DNA from: Parvibaculum sp.
Lineage (GTDB): Bacteria > Pseudomonadota > Alphaproteobacteria > Parvibaculales > Parvibaculaceae
DNA: 38,603 nucleotides
Reading direction: 5' to 3'
Assembly (NCBI GenBank): GCA_036384055.1
Contig: DASVNC010000290.1
Coordinates: 1-38,603 of the forward strand
The position numbers and the translations under genes are program-made. Positions 26,613 through 35,376 of this stretch are shown piece after piece. Numbering within the stretch: the stretch's first letter is position 1; each line of letters opens with the position of its first letter. The notes beneath the pieces are model-generated. The model was not told where the DNA came from. It ran no database searches and was given only the letters and a program-made list of their open reading frames with translations.

Positions 26613-27803
26613 TCAGTCCGGCAGGCCGAGCACGCGCTTGGCGACGACGTTGAGCTGCACTTCGGAGGTGCCGCCCTCGATCGAATTGCCTTTCGAGCGG
26701 AGCCACGAGCGCGTGATGCCGATTTCCTCCGGCGTGAAGCCTTCGCCTTCCCAGCCGAGGCCCCGGGTGCCCAGAATTTCGAGCATCAGTTCGTAGCGGC
26801 GCTTGTTGAGCTCGGTGCCGTAGTATTTGAAGATCGCGGAAGCCGCGCCCGTGCCGTGTCCGGCCTTGGCTTCTTCGGCCGTGCGCTGGAGGGTCAGCGC
26901 GAAAGCCTTGCCGTCCATCTTCTGCTGAACGACGTGATCGCGCAGCGCGCCATTGGCGATGCGGCCGTCGGCTTCACCCGCATAATCCTTGGCCAGACTT
27001 TCGAGGCTTGCAGAACTGCCGACGCCCGAACCGAGGCCCATGCCGGAAATCATGCTGCGTTCGTGTTCGAGAAGGCGTTTGGCGATGGTCCAGCCCTTGT
27101 TCAATTCGCCGACGAGATTTTTCTTCGGCACTTTCACGTCGGTGAAGAAGGTTTCGCAGAAGGGCGAGGCGCCCGAGATCATCGTGATCGGCCGCGCCTC
27201 GACGCCGGGTGTCGTCATGTCGAAGAGCAGAAAACTGATGCCGTCATGTTTCTTCGTCGGATCTGTGCGCACGAGACAGAAAATCCAGTCCGCCTTGTCG
27301 GCATGGGAGGTCCAGATTTTCTGGCCGTTGACGAGATAATGGTCGCCCTTGTCCTCGGCCTTGGTCTGAAGACCGGCAAGGTCGGAGCCCGCGCCCGGCT
27401 CCGAATAGCCCTGGCACCAGCGGATTTCACCGCGCACGATCGGCGGAATGAATTCTTTCTTCTGCTCCTCGGAAGCGAATTCGAGGAGCGCGGGCCCAAG
27501 CATCCAGAGGCCGAAGCTCGCCAACGGCGCGCGCGCCTTGATGCGGCGCATTTCAGATTGCAGGACGAGATTTTCATCCTTGGTCAGACCGCCGCCGCCA
27601 TAGGCTTTGGGCCAGGTCGGCGCCGTCCAGCCGCGGCTCGCCATGCGGTCGAGCCAGATTTTCGCGTCGGGATTCTTCCAGACCGCCCGGCGGCCGCCCC
27701 AGGGCGTCTCGTCTTCGTCGTTCGTGGGGGTGCGCATCGAGGCCGGGCAATTTGCCTCCAGCCAGTCGCGCGTTTCCTGGCGGAACTTCTCAATGGGTTC
27801 CAT
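26613..27803 (-). CDS. Acyl-CoA dehydrogenase family protein (PimC-like)
   Basis: WPKAYGG, WCQGYSEPGAGSDLA, NGQKIWTS, SIEGGTSEVQ. Start moved to 27803. Confidence 0.92.
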   Translation of the reverse strand: MEPIEKFRQETRDWLEANCPASMRTPTNDEDETPWGGRRAVWKNPDAKIWLDRMASRGWTAPTWPKAYGGGGLTKDENLVLQSEMRRIKARAPLASFGLWMLGPALLEFASEEQKKEFIPPIVRGEIRWCQGYSEPGAGSDLAGLQTKAEDKGDHYLVNGQKIWTSHADKADWIFCLVRTDPTKKHDGISFLLFDMTTPGVEARPITMISGASPFCETFFTDVKVPKKNLVGELNKGWTIAKRLLEHERSMISGMGLGSGVGSSASLESLAKDYAGEADGRIANGALRDHVVQQKMDGKAFALTLQRTAEEAKAGHGTGAASAIFKYYGTELNKRRYELMLEILGTRGLGWEGEGFTPEEIGITRSWLRSKGNSIEGGTSEVQLNVVAKRVLGLPD

Positions 27804-27918
27804 TGGCGTGATCCTGTCTTGAGGTGTGCAGCGGTGTTGCAGACAGAATATCAATCACACCAGCCGAGGCAACCCGTCCGGGGCAGAAGGTCAACAGCGA
27901 CCGGCCGGGCGGGGACGG

Positions 27919-28965
27919 TCAGACTGTACGCGCCGCCGTTCCCTCCAGCACGACCGTCGCGGGACGTGCGCCTTGCGCGAAAGCGTCGAGGTTGGCGGCG
28001 ATCGACTGCCAGCGGCGCGCTTCCGAGCCGCGCGTGTGTGCCGAGGTGTGCGGCGTCATGATGAGGTTGTCGAGTTCGTGGAAGGGAAAGCGCGAAGGGC
28101 GGGGGCTCGGCTCCGGCGTGCCGCCGGGAAGGGGCCGGTTGGGATAGATGTACCAGGTGTCGATCACCGCGCCGGCGATGCGCTTTTCGCTGAGCGCCTT
28201 GTAGAGCGCTTCTTCCTCGGCGACGGGACCGCGCGCGACATTGAGAATGACGACGGATTTTTTCATTTTCGAGAAAGCCGCGGCGTCGAAGGCATGCAGC
28301 GTGTCGGCGTTCAGATCGCAGACCAGGGCGATGTAATCGCTCTCAGCCAGAAATCGATCCATATCGGCGCGGGTACCCATCCAGTCGAGGGGTGCGGGCG
28401 CCTTGTCACGGGGCGTGCGGGCCAGTGCGATGGTGCGTATGCCGAAGGCCGAAGCGCGGATGGCGGTTTCGCGGCCGATATTGCCGTAGCCGAAAAGACC
28501 GAGCGTCTTGCCGAGCACTTCGCCGTGAACGGCGGCCGGATCGGTGCTGGTGCCGGTGTATTTCCAGGAGCCCGACCGGAAATCGGCATCGCGTTTGCGG
28601 AAACCGATTTCCCATTCGAGAAAGCCGGCGACGATGAATTCCGCCATCGCCTGTTCATGGCCCATCGCGTTGCAGGCGAGGCATCCCGCAGGCAGCATTG
28701 CAGGCTTCAGCCAATCGTAACCGGCGAAAGGAATCTGGAACATGCGCATCTTCGCCGCCTTGCCGATCAGCGCGAATGCGGCGCCCGAGGCGAGCGCGTC
28801 GGCGCCGGCGACGACCGCGTCGGCGTCCTTCACCATCGCTTCGCCCGCAGGCACGCCGTCTTCGGCCAGCCACTGATGGATGTCCCACTGAGAAGTCAGA
28901 TGCGCGTCAAGGTGAGCACGGCTCTCGGCGCATTGGCGGCCGAGCAGAGCAAGTTTCAAGGGCAT
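27919..28965 (-). CDS. D-isomer-specific 2-hydroxyacid dehydrogenase
   Basis: GKTLGLFGYGNIG Rossmann motif, LNVARG, IDTW, MTPHTSA. Confidence 0.9.
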   Translation of the reverse strand: MPLKLALLGRQCAESRAHLDAHLTSQWDIHQWLAEDGVPAGEAMVKDADAVVAGADALASGAAFALIGKAAKMRMFQIPFAGYDWLKPAMLPAGCLACNAMGHEQAMAEFIVAGFLEWEIGFRKRDADFRSGSWKYTGTSTDPAAVHGEVLGKTLGLFGYGNIGRETAIRASAFGIRTIALARTPRDKAPAPLDWMGTRADMDRFLAESDYIALVCDLNADTLHAFDAAAFSKMKKSVVILNVARGPVAEEEALYKALSEKRIAGAVIDTWYIYPNRPLPGGTPEPSPRPSRFPFHELDNLIMTPHTSAHTRGSEARRWQSIAANLDAFAQGARPATVVLEGTAARTV

Positions 28966-29040
28966 GGGTACTCCGAACGGTTGACGGAATGTCGATGGCC
29001 AACGGATAGCAGAGATGGAGCGCGGAGAAACCCGCCTCGC

Positions 29041-29517
29041 TTATGCGAGGTAGCGTTTGACCTCGGGGCGTTCGCGCAATTGTCGGGCCCAGCGGCGCAG
29101 CACGCCGACGAGGCGCGGCTCCTCGACACCGAGCTGCGCCATCGCGACGCCGCCATTGACGCTTTCGCGGTAGTCGGAAATGAGGCCGTCTTTCAGTTCG
29201 AAGCGGCTCATGCCGTCGATGACGACTTCCTTGCCTTCATAGGCGGGAACAGTCGAGATGAATTTCGACAGCGACCAGGCGTAGCCGAGATTGCCGTTGC
29301 AGACGGGATCGAACATCTTCCAGTCATAGGCGCGTGCGTCGCGATGAAAGATGTCCTGCAACATATGCGCGATCTCGGCGCGGCCCTTGTGATCGCCGTA
29401 GATGTAGTCGTGATAGACGCCATCCTCGGTGAAGCAGCTCGCGAATGCTTCGCCGTCGCCCGCCGTGGCAGCGGCGGCGAAGCGGGCGAGAAGCGCGGCG
29501 AATTCGGATTGGGTCAT
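29041..29517 (-). CDS. NTF2/SnoaL-like protein
   Basis: FTEDGVYHD, GRAEI, GMSRFELKDGLISDYRE. Confidence 0.85.
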   Translation of the reverse strand: MTQSEFAALLARFAAAATAGDGEAFASCFTEDGVYHDYIYGDHKGRAEIAHMLQDIFHRDARAYDWKMFDPVCNGNLGYAWSLSKFISTVPAYEGKEVVIDGMSRFELKDGLISDYRESVNGGVAMAQLGVEEPRLVGVLRRWARQLRERPEVKRYLA

Positions 29518-29535
29518 GAAGTCTTGTCCATATCG

Positions 29536-29653
29536 AAGGCCCTCACCCTCCCACGCCTTCGGCGTGGGTCCCTCCCTCTCCCAGAGGGAGAGGGTTACGG
29601 GGGCGCTCTCAATCTAGCCCTCTCCCTCTGGGAGAGGGTTGGGTGAGGGCCTT
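29536..29653. repeat. 118-bp intergenic palindromic repeat element (REP/CIR/MITE-like)
   Basis: Perfect 13-bp terminal inverted repeat AAGGCCCTCACCC/GGGTGAGGGCCTT. Inner 21-mers at 29574-29594 and 29618-29638 are exact reverse complements and each forms its own hairpin. An extra CCCACGCC-TTC-GGCGTGGG hairpin is also present. Confidence 0.85.
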
Positions 29654-31262
29654 AGGCGACGCCCAGTTCCACCTTTGCGAATTCTGTCACCGTCTTGTAG
29701 TCGGCCTTGCCGTTCGGTGCGCGGAAGGGGACTGTGCCGATGATGATGCGCTTGGGCGTCTTGTAGCCGGCAAGCTTGTCGCGGACATGGGCGCGGAGCA
29801 TGTCTTCGTTGAATTGCTGGCCGGCGGCGATCTTGACGACGCCGGTGACGGACTGTCCCCATTTTTCATCGGGCAGGCCGACGACGAGCGCGTCTTCGAC
29901 CATCGGATGGGTCTTCAACGCCTCCTCGACTTCTTCGGGATAGACTTTTTCGCCGGCCGTGTTGATGCAGACGGAGCCGCGCCCGAGCAGCGTCAGCGTG
30001 CCGTCCGGCTCCACCGTGCACCAGTCGCCGGGGATGGCGTAACGGAGCCCGCGCACCGTTTTGAAGGTCTTGGCGCTCTTTTCGGGATCCTTGTAATAGC
30101 CGAGCGGGATTGGCCCGCCCAGCGCGATGAAACCCGGCTTGCCGGAACCCGGCACGACCGGCTCGTCGTTTTCGTCGAAGACCTTGCAGCTTTCGCTGAT
30201 CTGGAATTTCGCGGTGGCGATTTCGCCGTCCTTGGTCATCAGCGACGTGCCGAGGCCGATGGCTTCCGAAGCGCCGAAACTGTCCGTCATGATCGCATTC
30301 GGCATGTGCTTCAGGAGGCCGCGCTTCACTTCGGTCGACCACATGACGCCGGACGAAATGATCGTGGCGATGCTGGACAGGTCATATTTTCCGGGCGCTT
30401 CGTCGAGCGCGCGCAGCATCGGCTTGGCAAAGGCGTCGCCGACGATGGCGATCTGCTGCACCTTGTGTTTGTCGACGGCGGACCAGAGTTCGTGGGCGTC
30501 CAGCGACGGGTGTTGCAGCGTCACGATGCAGCCGCCCGAGAGCAGGTTGCCGTTCGAGGTCAGGAGGCCTGTGCCGTGCATCAGCGGGCAGGCGGGCAAC
30601 ATCGGTCCGGCGGGGCCGACGGTCTTGATCGCATCGATGAGCGCCGGCAGCGTTTCCGGCACGGGGCCCAGACGGCGAAGCGCGGTGAGCTGCACTTCGC
30701 GCAGATCGTCATGCCTCCACATCACGCCTTTTGGCATGCCGGTGGTGCCGCCAGTATAGATGAAGAGCATGTCGTCGGGCGAGCGCTTGATGTCGAGCTG
30801 CGCGCCCGGGCCCGTCGTCGCCACCGTTTCATAGCGCTCGGCGAAAGGCGCGATATCTCCGCCGTCGTCGATCTCGATGAAGGTTTTGGCCTTTGTCAGG
30901 CGCGGACGGATTTTCTCGATGGTGTCGCGGAATTCGCTGCCGTAAGCGACGGTTTGCGCGTCCGAATTGTCGAAGATGTAAAAGACTTCGTCGGGCTGAT
31001 AGCGGTAATTGACGTTCACATGCGTCAGCCGCGCCTTGTAGCAGGCGGCGAGCAGCTCGATATATTCCGGACGGTTGCGCATGTAGAAGGCGACCTTGTC
31101 GCCGGGCTTCGCGCCGCGTTCGATCAGGCCGCGGGCCATGTTGTTCGAACGCTTCGTCGTTTCGCCCCAGGTGATGAGGCGGGCGCCGTGGATCAGGGCC
31201 GGTGCGTCCGGCGGCACCGCGGACGAGATGGCATCGAGAATATCGCCTAAATTCCAAGGCAT
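29652..31262 (-). CDS. Acyl-CoA synthetase (AMP-forming, FadD19-like)
   Basis: IYTGGTTGMPKGVMW, PLMHGTG, FGASE, GYYKDPEKS, GRGSVCINTAGEKVYPEEVE, NGKADY. Start moved to MPWNL at 31262. Confidence 0.93.
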   Translation of the reverse strand: MPWNLGDILDAISSAVPPDAPALIHGARLITWGETTKRSNNMARGLIERGAKPGDKVAFYMRNRPEYIELLAACYKARLTHVNVNYRYQPDEVFYIFDNSDAQTVAYGSEFRDTIEKIRPRLTKAKTFIEIDDGGDIAPFAERYETVATTGPGAQLDIKRSPDDMLFIYTGGTTGMPKGVMWRHDDLREVQLTALRRLGPVPETLPALIDAIKTVGPAGPMLPACPLMHGTGLLTSNGNLLSGGCIVTLQHPSLDAHELWSAVDKHKVQQIAIVGDAFAKPMLRALDEAPGKYDLSSIATIISSGVMWSTEVKRGLLKHMPNAIMTDSFGASEAIGLGTSLMTKDGEIATAKFQISESCKVFDENDEPVVPGSGKPGFIALGGPIPLGYYKDPEKSAKTFKTVRGLRYAIPGDWCTVEPDGTLTLLGRGSVCINTAGEKVYPEEVEEALKTHPMVEDALVVGLPDEKWGQSVTGVVKIAAGQQFNEDMLRAHVRDKLAGYKTPKRIIIGTVPFRAPNGKADYKTVTEFAKVELGVA

Positions 31263-31495
31263 TCCGTTCCTCCAGAAATCTTCTGATTTTCCTCGGACTC
31301 TTATGGGTCCGACTTCTTGTTGCCATATTACATCGAATCCGCGATGCGTCACGGCCCCTGTCGGCGGGCGGGCCGAAATCCGTCATGGGCTTGCGTGCAT
31401 GAGCAGTTCCAGCCCGATCCGCCGAACCGTCAGAGCAGGGTTTCGACAAGCCGTCGACCGAATCCGGGCAACGGCGCGATCGAACAGGCCGATAC

Positions 31496-31525
31496 AAAAA
31501 GGGCGGCACCCGGGAGGTGCCGCCC
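31496..31525 (-). terminator. Rho-independent terminator of the ferritin-like gene
   Basis: GGGCGGCACC/GGTGCCGCCC stem followed on the minus strand by TTTTT. Confidence 0.8.
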
Positions 31526-31550
31526 GATTTCATGGTGACGATGCGGCGGC

Positions 31551-32684
31551 CTATTCGGCGGCCGACATCTTGTCGAGCGAGTAGGAGCGGTTGCCCTGGC
31601 CGTTCAGCTTCAGAAGGTACTTGATACCTTCTTCGGCGATGTCGTCGCCGACCATGCGGTCGCTCTCGAGATAAAGCTCCTTCATGTCGATGAAGGCGGC
31701 GTAGTTGCCGGCGGTCCGCTGCGTGATGATGCCCGCCTTGAGAAGCGTCTTGATCAGCACACGGAAGATGTTGGTGGTTTCCTGCATCTCTTCGCGGATG
31801 TTGGCGTCGGTGAGGGCTTCCATGAAGGCGCCCTGGACCCATTCCCAGTCGAGGCCGACGGCGGCATAGATGTGCTTCTTCTGCTCGGGCGAGCCGAGGT
31901 TGTAGAGCAGCACCTCGAAAATGTGCCAGGCCCAGTCCTCAATCGCGTCGCGCTCGGCGGCGTTGATGTTGGGGATCGTGCGATCGGCCCAGATCTTGCC
32001 GAACTTGTGATGGAAGGCCTCGTCCGTCATGACGAGCTGCATCAGCTTCACCATCAGCGGGTCGCGGCCAGCCTTGTAGAAGGTGGCGAAGGCGCCCATC
32101 GCAAGGCCCTCGACCAGCATCTGCATGCCGACAATCTTTTTCCAGACGAGCGGCGTGGTGACGAGATCGGTCAGCACATCGCCCAGCGCCGGGCCGACCT
32201 TCACCGGCTTGCCCCAGCGCGCCTGAATGTAGCGCGAGAAACCGGCGACGTGGCGCGCTTCCTCGCGCGTCTGGTTCGCGGCGTATTCCTGCGCGCCCGG
32301 ATCCTTCAGGATGTGGCAGAGCGAGGCGGACAGCGCCAGTGCGCCGGCTTCGCCGTGGAGGATCGAGGACAGGCCCCATTGCACGTCGAGATTGACCAGT
32401 TTGATCTTCTGTTTCTCGTCGAGCTTGTCGGCGACGGCGGTTTTCAGATCGGTGTTCTGGTCGGGGTCGATGATGTACTCGTTCTCCATGTCGAAGGGCT
32501 GGGAGAAATCGATGTACTTGGTGTCCAGCGGATCCCAGAAGTGGTCATGGGTCGCCGAGATGATTTTGTCGAAAGCGGTCGAGCGGTTGTTGTAGCGATC
32601 GACCTCCATCATCGCGGGGAAATCGCTGGGGTGAACCGCTTCGTAAGCGGGGTCCACCGTGATGTTCGTCTCGATCTTCGTCAT
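31551..32684 (-). CDS. Ferritin-like diiron protein (AurF/desaturase-like four-helix bundle)
   Basis: HGEAGAL, EEARH, VEGLA, DEAFH give the E..ExxH..E..ExxH ligand pattern. GGAGGAG RBS before ATG 32684. Confidence 0.82.
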   Translation of the reverse strand: MTKIETNITVDPAYEAVHPSDFPAMMEVDRYNNRSTAFDKIISATHDHFWDPLDTKYIDFSQPFDMENEYIIDPDQNTDLKTAVADKLDEKQKIKLVNLDVQWGLSSILHGEAGALALSASLCHILKDPGAQEYAANQTREEARHVAGFSRYIQARWGKPVKVGPALGDVLTDLVTTPLVWKKIVGMQMLVEGLAMGAFATFYKAGRDPLMVKLMQLVMTDEAFHHKFGKIWADRTIPNINAAERDAIEDWAWHIFEVLLYNLGSPEQKKHIYAAVGLDWEWVQGAFMEALTDANIREEMQETTNIFRVLIKTLLKAGIITQRTAGNYAAFIDMKELYLESDRMVGDDIAEEGIKYLLKLNGQGNRSYSLDKMSAAE

Positions 32685-32776
32685 GTCTCCTCCCAGAGCC
32701 TGTGCGAAAATACCAACGGGAACGGGATTGCCATTCCCCTTCAACCATCAATATACGCCGAGGGGTTAACCCTTGC

Positions 32777-32809
32777 AAAAAATAATGACGCCCATGTCAT
32801 TTTTATTTT
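32777..32809. promoter_or_regulatory. AT-flanked palindrome, putative repressor operator
   Basis: AATGAC-GCCCAT-GTCATT flanked by A- and T-tracts, between divergent genes. Confidence 0.5.
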
Positions 32810-32885
32810 GGGCTTGGTCACGCCGTCTTTCGACGTGCGGAAAGCCGCGAGAATGCTAGGCTTTGTGCCGGGCAGAGGGGGCAAA

Positions 32886-33707
32886 ATGCTGAAAACCGGG
32901 TTCACCGAGACGGCGCATGGGCGCATTTCATGGGCCGATACCGGCAGCGACGGACCGGCCGTCCTCCTCATTCACGGCAATTCCGCCTGCAAGGAAATCT
33001 TCGGTCGCCAGCTCATCAGCGAGCTCGGGCTCGGCTACCGGATGATTGCCCTCGACCTACCGGGACACGGGCAGAGTTCGGATGCGCCGGACCCCTCCCG
33101 GACCTATTCGATCCACGGTTTTGCCGACGCCTCGATGGCGCTGCTGGACGGTCTCGGCGTCCGGCAGGCGGTCGTTGTCGGCTGGTCGCTCGGCGGCCAT
33201 GCGGCGTTGGAGATGATGGCGCGCTGGTCGGGCACGGTCGCGGCCTGGATCACCGGAACGCCGCCGGCGGGCCCCGCCGACATGGGCGAGGCGTTTCTCC
33301 CGTCCGAGCATATGGCGCTCACCTTCAAGGACAGCTTCACCGATGAAGAGGCGGCGGCCTATGCGCATGAGACGATCGGCGGACATGCCGATGACCTGCA
33401 TCCCTGGATGATCGACGCCTGCAAGCGCGCCGACGGGCGCTTCCGTCCGCTGGTGTTGCAATCGGCGGCCGCCGGTCTCGATCTCGACGGGCGCAAGATC
33501 GCCGAAACGTCGCCGCTGCCGCTCGCCGTGGTCACGGGCGGCAAGGAGCCTTTCGTCAACAATGCCTTTCTGAAGACGGTCGCCTACCGGAACCTTTGGG
33601 ACGGCAAGGTGCATGTCCTGGACGGGCTGGCGCATATGCCGTTCTGGGAAGCACCCGAGCGGGTCAATCCGCTCCTCGGCCGGTTCCTCGACGAGGTGAC
33701 AGGCTGA
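32886..33707 (+). CDS. Alpha/beta-fold hydrolase
   Basis: LLIHGNS, DLPGHGQS, GWSLGGH nucleophile elbow, AHMPFWE. Start at ATG 32886. Confidence 0.9.
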   Translation: MLKTGFTETAHGRISWADTGSDGPAVLLIHGNSACKEIFGRQLISELGLGYRMIALDLPGHGQSSDAPDPSRTYSIHGFADASMALLDGLGVRQAVVVGWSLGGHAALEMMARWSGTVAAWITGTPPAGPADMGEAFLPSEHMALTFKDSFTDEEAAAYAHETIGGHADDLHPWMIDACKRADGRFRPLVLQSAAAGLDLDGRKIAETSPLPLAVVTGGKEPFVNNAFLKTVAYRNLWDGKVHVLDGLAHMPFWEAPERVNPLLGRFLDEVTG

Positions 33708-33710
33708 ATT

Positions 33711-34229
33711 TCAGAGCGGTTTCACGCCATCAATGGCGTGGGCGGTGAGCTTGCGCGTCGGCGAAGGTCCGCGATAGGTCGCGGTTTCGACAATGTGGAT
33801 CGGCTGGGCGATGGCGGCGCGCAGACGCTCATAGAGAAGCGCCGGTGTCAGCGGCTTGACGATGTAGTCGGTCACGCCCTCGTCGCGGGCGCGGGTCACG
33901 GTCGAGGCATCGCGATGGCCGGAGACCATCAGCACCGGCACGTCGCGGTTGCGGCCCGGCATATCGCCGGCATGAGCGGCGCGGATGCGGCGCGTCATTT
34001 CGTAGCCGTCCATCGGCTGCATGTCGCCGTCGGTGATGACGAGATCGGGCGCGAATTCCGCAAAGAGCTTCAGTCCGGCGTCGCCGTTCGGCGCGCACAG
34101 GACATTGACGATGCCGATGGCTTCAAGCAGGGCTGCAAGCAGGCGGCGCATTTCCGCGCTGTCATCGACGATGAGAACTTTCATCGCGGCGAAGAGCCCG
34201 GCTTCCTCCGTTGTGGGGGTGAGGTTCAT
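33711..34229 (-). CDS. Single-domain response regulator (CheY/Cle-like, degenerate Arg-rich tail)
   Basis: VLIVDD, LVITDGDMQPMDG, LMVSG, YIVKP, tail YRGPSPTRK. Confidence 0.85.
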   Translation of the reverse strand: MNLTPTTEEAGLFAAMKVLIVDDSAEMRRLLAALLEAIGIVNVLCAPNGDAGLKLFAEFAPDLVITDGDMQPMDGYEMTRRIRAAHAGDMPGRNRDVPVLMVSGHRDASTVTRARDEGVTDYIVKPLTPALLYERLRAAIAQPIHIVETATYRGPSPTRKLTAHAIDGVKPL

Positions 34230-34726
34230 CCGAACGACTTCGCGTCGGAGCCGGCCGCGTGGATCAGACGCTCCAGCGAACGCAGCGTTTCGTTCGCAAT
34301 GGCCGTGTCCGGCGCCGGATCGTTGACGGCGTCGTTCATCGCTTCGACGTGGAAACGGACGATCGTGCTGTCGAGGTTGATGCGTTTTTCCATGTAATCG
34401 CAGAGCGAACGGGCGAAGTCGCCGACGACGGGCATGCCGAATGTCCCGGCAAGGCCGCGCACATCATGGGCGACGGCATAAAGACGGCTGCGGGCGTCGC
34501 CCGCGCCGGCGCCGGCCTCGTCGATCAGCGGCAGCAATGAGGCGATCTGCGCGCCGAGCGTTTCGGAATAGGCGGCGGCGAGCGTCTTGATCGTCTGCTG
34601 CATCTGGTCCAGCACGCGCGGGTCCAGACGGATGGGCGCGCTGTAGTCGCGGCCGAGCTTGCGCTCGGCGATGGAGGGAATGCGGACGAAGCGCGCCGGA
34701 ATTTCCGAAGTTGGTTTTTCGCTCAT
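34226..34726 (-). CDS. Hpt-like histidine phosphotransfer protein
   Basis: Helical protein with AHDVRGLAGTFG (H-x-x-K/R-G-x-x-G Hpt signature). Start at MSEKP 34726. Confidence 0.75.
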   Translation of the reverse strand: MSEKPTSEIPARFVRIPSIAERKLGRDYSAPIRLDPRVLDQMQQTIKTLAAAYSETLGAQIASLLPLIDEAGAGAGDARSRLYAVAHDVRGLAGTFGMPVVGDFARSLCDYMEKRINLDSTIVRFHVEAMNDAVNDPAPDTAIANETLRSLERLIHAAGSDAKSFG

Positions 34727-34736
34727 TTTCCGATTC

Positions 34737-35234
34737 TCACAGGAAGGCGACGGGTCCGCGGCGGTCGGCTTCGCTGAAGCTGTCGTCGGGCCGTCTGCGG
34801 TCGGGGCCTGTGAACGATGCGCTCTCGATGAATTCGCGCGGCCGGTTGACCACATCGATGAGGCGCTCGTAAATCGTCCGAGCCGAAACGGGTTTGCAGA
34901 TGAAATCGCTGATGCCGGCATCGCGGGCGCGCTCGACGGCCGAGAGTTCGCTATGCGCGGACACCATGATGATGGGGACGGTGCCGAGCTCGCGGCGGTC
35001 GACCGCGCGCAGCTTGCGGGTCAGCGCGAAGCCGTCGGTCGGCTTCATTGCCGCGTCGGTGAGAACGACGTCGGGCCTGTGGCTCAGGAATTTCGACCAG
35101 GCTTCATCGCCGTCGGCGGCGGTGACGATTTCGCCGACGCCAAGCGCGCCGAGAAGGCCCGATAGCAATCGCAACATGTATGGACTGTCGTCGACGACAA
35201 GAATCGTCAACCTCTCGAAGACCGATCGAGCCAT
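34737..35234 (-). CDS. CheY-like response regulator with c-di-GMP-binding Arg-rich tail (Cle-like)
   Basis: ILVVDD, VLTDAAMKPTDG, FICKP, tail PREFIESASFTGPDRRR. Confidence 0.85.
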   Translation of the reverse strand: MARSVFERLTILVVDDSPYMLRLLSGLLGALGVGEIVTAADGDEAWSKFLSHRPDVVLTDAAMKPTDGFALTRKLRAVDRRELGTVPIIMVSAHSELSAVERARDAGISDFICKPVSARTIYERLIDVVNRPREFIESASFTGPDRRRPDDSFSEADRRGPVAFL

Positions 35235-35376
35235 TTATCCCCCCGGATCGCGGGCAGGAGCCGCCCCACGCGGTTCCTGTATGAGGGAACGCTAGCCGAG
35301 AGGTCTTAAAATTTGCGTAGCGCGAGCCGGGTCAGACGGGATTTGTCCGGTTAAAAATGGCCGTTTTCTGCGAAGT

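Noticed and set aside
26550-32885. Very long plus-strand ORFs (26550-28061, 27826-29646, 29643-31250 and the first 338 aa of 31872-33707)
   Set aside because: They are antisense shadows of well-supported minus-strand genes, common in high-GC DNA, and have no recognisable motifs.
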